From NCBI RefSeq assembly GCF_963921235.1, contig NC_086108.1, forward strand, positions 101,496,001 through 101,560,000: a stretch of 64,000 bases of DNA, written 5' to 3'. The position numbers and the translations under genes are program-made. This DNA comes from Mobula hypostoma (taxonomy: Eukaryota). The notes below the pieces were generated by a model. The model was not told the DNA's origin and did no database searches. It saw only the letters and a program-made list of their open reading frames with translations. This document shows positions 61,794 to 64,000 of the stretch, in pieces; the first letter of the stretch is position 1; each line of letters starts with the position of its first letter.

Positions 61794-64000
61794 CATAGAA
61801 ACATAGAAACATAGAAAATAGGTGCAGGAGTAGGCCATTCGGCCCTTCGAGCCTGCACCGCCATTTATTATGATCATGGCTGATCATCCAACTCAGAACC
61901 CAGCCTTCCCTCCATACCCCCTGACCCATGTAGCCACAAGGGCCATATCTAATTTCCTCTTAAACACAGCCAATGAACCGGCCTCAACAGTTTGCTGTGG
62001 CAGAGAATTCCACAGATTCACCACTCTCTGTGTGAAGAAGTTTTTCCTAATCTCGGTCCTAAAAGGCTTCCCCTCTATCCTCAAACTGTGACCCCTCGTT
62101 CTGGACCTCCCCAACATCGGGAACAATCTTCCCGCATCTAGCCTGTCCAATCCCTTTAGGATCTTATACGTTTCAATCAGATCCCCCCTCAATCTTCTAA
62201 ATTCCAACGAGTACAAGCCCAGTTCATCCAGTCTTTCTTCATATGAAAGACCTGCCATCCCAGGAATCAATCTGGTGAACCTTCTTTGTACTCCCTCTAT
62301 GGCAAAGATGTCTTTCCTCAGATTAGGGGACCAAAACTGCACACAGTACTCCAGGTGTGGTCTCACCAAGGCCTTGTACAACTGCAGTAGTACCTCCCTG
62401 CTCCTGTACTCGAATCCTCTCGCTATAAATGCCAGCATACCGTTCGCCTTTTTCACCGCCTGCTGTACCTGCATGCCCACTTTCAATGACTGGTGTATAA
62501 TGACACCCAGGTCTCGTTGCACCTCCCCTTTTCCTAATCGGCCACCATTCAGATAATAATCTGTTTTCCTATTTTTGCCACCAAAGTGGATAACTTCACA
62601 TTTATCCACATTAAATTGCATCTGCCATGAGTTTGCCCACTCACCCAACCTATCCAAGTCACCCTGCATCCTCTTAGCATCCTCCTCACTGCTAACACTG
62701 CCACCCAGCTTCGTGTCATCCGCAAACTTGGAGATGCTGCATTTAATTCCCTCATCCAAGTCATTAATATATATTGTAAACAACTGGGGTCCCAGCACTG
62801 AGCCTTGCGGTACCCCACTAGTCACCGCCTGCCATTCTGAAAAGGTCCCGTTTATTCCCACTCTTTGCTTCCTGTCTGCTAACCAATTCTCCACCCACAC
62901 CAATACCTTACCCCCAATACCGTGTGCTTTAAGTTTGCACACTAATCTCCTGAGTGGGACCTTGTCAAAAGCCTTTTGAAAATCCAAATATACCACATCC
63001 ACTGGTTCTCCCCTATCCACTCTACTAGTTACATCCTCAAAAAATTCTATGAGATTCGTCAGACATGATTTTCCTTTCACAAATCCATGCTGACTTTGTC
63101 CGATCATTTCACCGCTTTCCAAATGTGCTGTTATCACATCCTTGATAACTGACTCCAGCAGTTTCCCCACCACCGACGTTAGGCTAACCGGCCTATAATT
63201 CCCCGGTTTCTCTCTCCCTCCTTTTTTAAAAAGTGGGGTTACATTAGCCACCCTCCAATCCTCAGGAACTAGTCCAGAATCTAACGAGTTTTGAAAAATT
63301 ATCACTAATGCATCCACTATTTCTTGGGCTACTTCCTTAAGCACTCTGGGATGCAGACCATCTGGCCCTGGGGATTTATCTGCCTTCAATCCCTTCAATT
63401 TACCTAACACCACTTCCCTACTAACATGTATTTCACTCAGTTCCTCCATCTCACTGGACCCTCTATCCCTTACTATTTCTGGAAGATTATTTATGTCCTC
63501 CTTAGTGAAGACAGAACCAAAGTAATTATTCAATTGGTCTGCCATGTCCTTGCTCCCCATAATCAATTCACCTGTTTCTGTCTGCAGGGGACCTACATTT
63601 GTCTTTATCAATCTTTTCCTTTTTACATATCTATAAAAGCTTTTACAGTCCGTTTTTATGTTCTCTGCCAGTTTTCTCTCATAATCTTTTTTCCCCTTCC
63701 TAATTAAGCCCTTTGTCCTCCTCTGCTGAACTCTGAATTTCTCCCAGTCCTCAGGTGAGCCACTTTCTCTGGCTAATTTGTATGCTACTTCTTTGGAATT
63801 GATACTATCCCTAATTTCTCTTGTCAGCCACGGGTGCACTACCTTCCTTGATTTATTCTTTTGCCAAACTGGGATGAACAATTGTTGTAGTTCATCCATG
63901 CAACCTTTAAATGCCTGCCATTGCATATCCACCGTCAATCCTTTAAGTGTCATTTGCCAGTCTATCTTAGCTAATTCACGACTCATACCTTCAAAGTTAC
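61794..64000 (-). mobile_element. Young CR1 LINE extending beyond the window
   Basis: (tttctatg)x3 tail at 61794-61817 and an uninterrupted ORF2. Confidence 0.95.
61893..64000 (-). CDS. CR1 ORF2 (reverse transcriptase), partial and open to the window edge
   Basis: 697+ aa without stops: PGPDG, NYRPVSLT, QHGF, DFQKAFDKV, GVPQGSVLGP, FADD. The frame stays open upstream of 63986. Confidence 0.92.
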   Translation of the reverse strand, partial: NFEGMSRELAKIDWQMTLKGLTVDMQWQAFKGCMDELQQLFIPVWQKNKSRKVVHPWLTREIRDSINSKEVAYKLARESGSPEDWEKFRVQQRRTKGLIRKGKKDYERKLAENIKTDCKSFYRYVKRKRLIKTNVGPLQTETGELIMGSKDMADQLNNYFGSVFTKEDINNLPEIVRDRGSSEMEELSEIHVSREVVLGKLKGLKADKSPGPDGLHPRVLKEVAQEIVDALVIIFQNSLDSGLVPEDWRVANVTPLFKKGGREKPGNYRPVSLTSVVGKLLESVIKDVITAHLESGEMIGQSQHGFVKGKSCLTNLIEFFEDVTSRVDRGEPVDVVYLDFQKAFDKVPLRRLVCKLKAHGIGGKVLVWVENWLADRKQRVGINGTFSEWQAVTSGVPQGSVLGPQLFTIYINDLDEGIKCSISKFADDTKLGGSVSSEEDAKRMQGDLDRLGEWANSWQMQFNVDKCEVIHFGGKNRKTDYYLNGGRLGKGEVQRDLGVIIHQSLKVGMQVQQAVKKANGMLAFIARGFEYRSREVLLQLYKALVRPHLEYCVQFWSPNLRKDIFAIEGVQRRFTRLIPGMAGLSYEERLDELGLYSLEFRRLRGDLIETYKILKGLDRLDAGRLFPMLGRSRTRGHSLRIEGKPFRTEIRKNFFTQRVVNLWNSLPQQTVEAGSLAVFKRKLDMALVATWVRGYGGKAGF

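Noticed and set aside
58215..62979. Repeated 134-aa plus-strand ORFs (58215-58619 and 62575-62979)
   Set aside because: They are antisense shadows of CR1 RT in two sibling copies.

Overview
This is a eukaryotic, repeat-saturated genomic window. The repeat spectrum (CR1, Rex1/Babar, Penelope, L1/Tx1, RTE, V-SINE-like SINEs, Gypsy) suggests a cartilaginous fish, which is an inference. The only host gene I can support is the 3' end of a CLCA-family (calcium-activated chloride channel regulator) gene on the minus strand: three in-phase exons at 54266-54099, 53003-52776 and 50259-49862, ending in a C-terminal transmembrane segment. The rest is layered transposon insertions. These include a decayed full-length Gypsy LTR element (9956-~18731, minus; tRNA-Leu PBS, PPT) carrying two nested solo LTRs, a third solo LTR in a CLCA intron, many 5'-truncated LINEs (one CR1 has an uninterrupted ORF2 running to the window edge), and Penelope elements with minimal hammerhead ribozyme motifs. 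There is also a flush Penelope inversion, two non-coding RTE-like elements, a Tc1/mariner-type MITE, a hAT transposase remnant and several 28-36 bp tail-only insertions with TSDs. I found no convincing wholly new biological system. The most notable signals are mechanistic retrotransposition footprints and the ribozyme motifs. Boundaries of degenerate repeats are approximate, read by eye.
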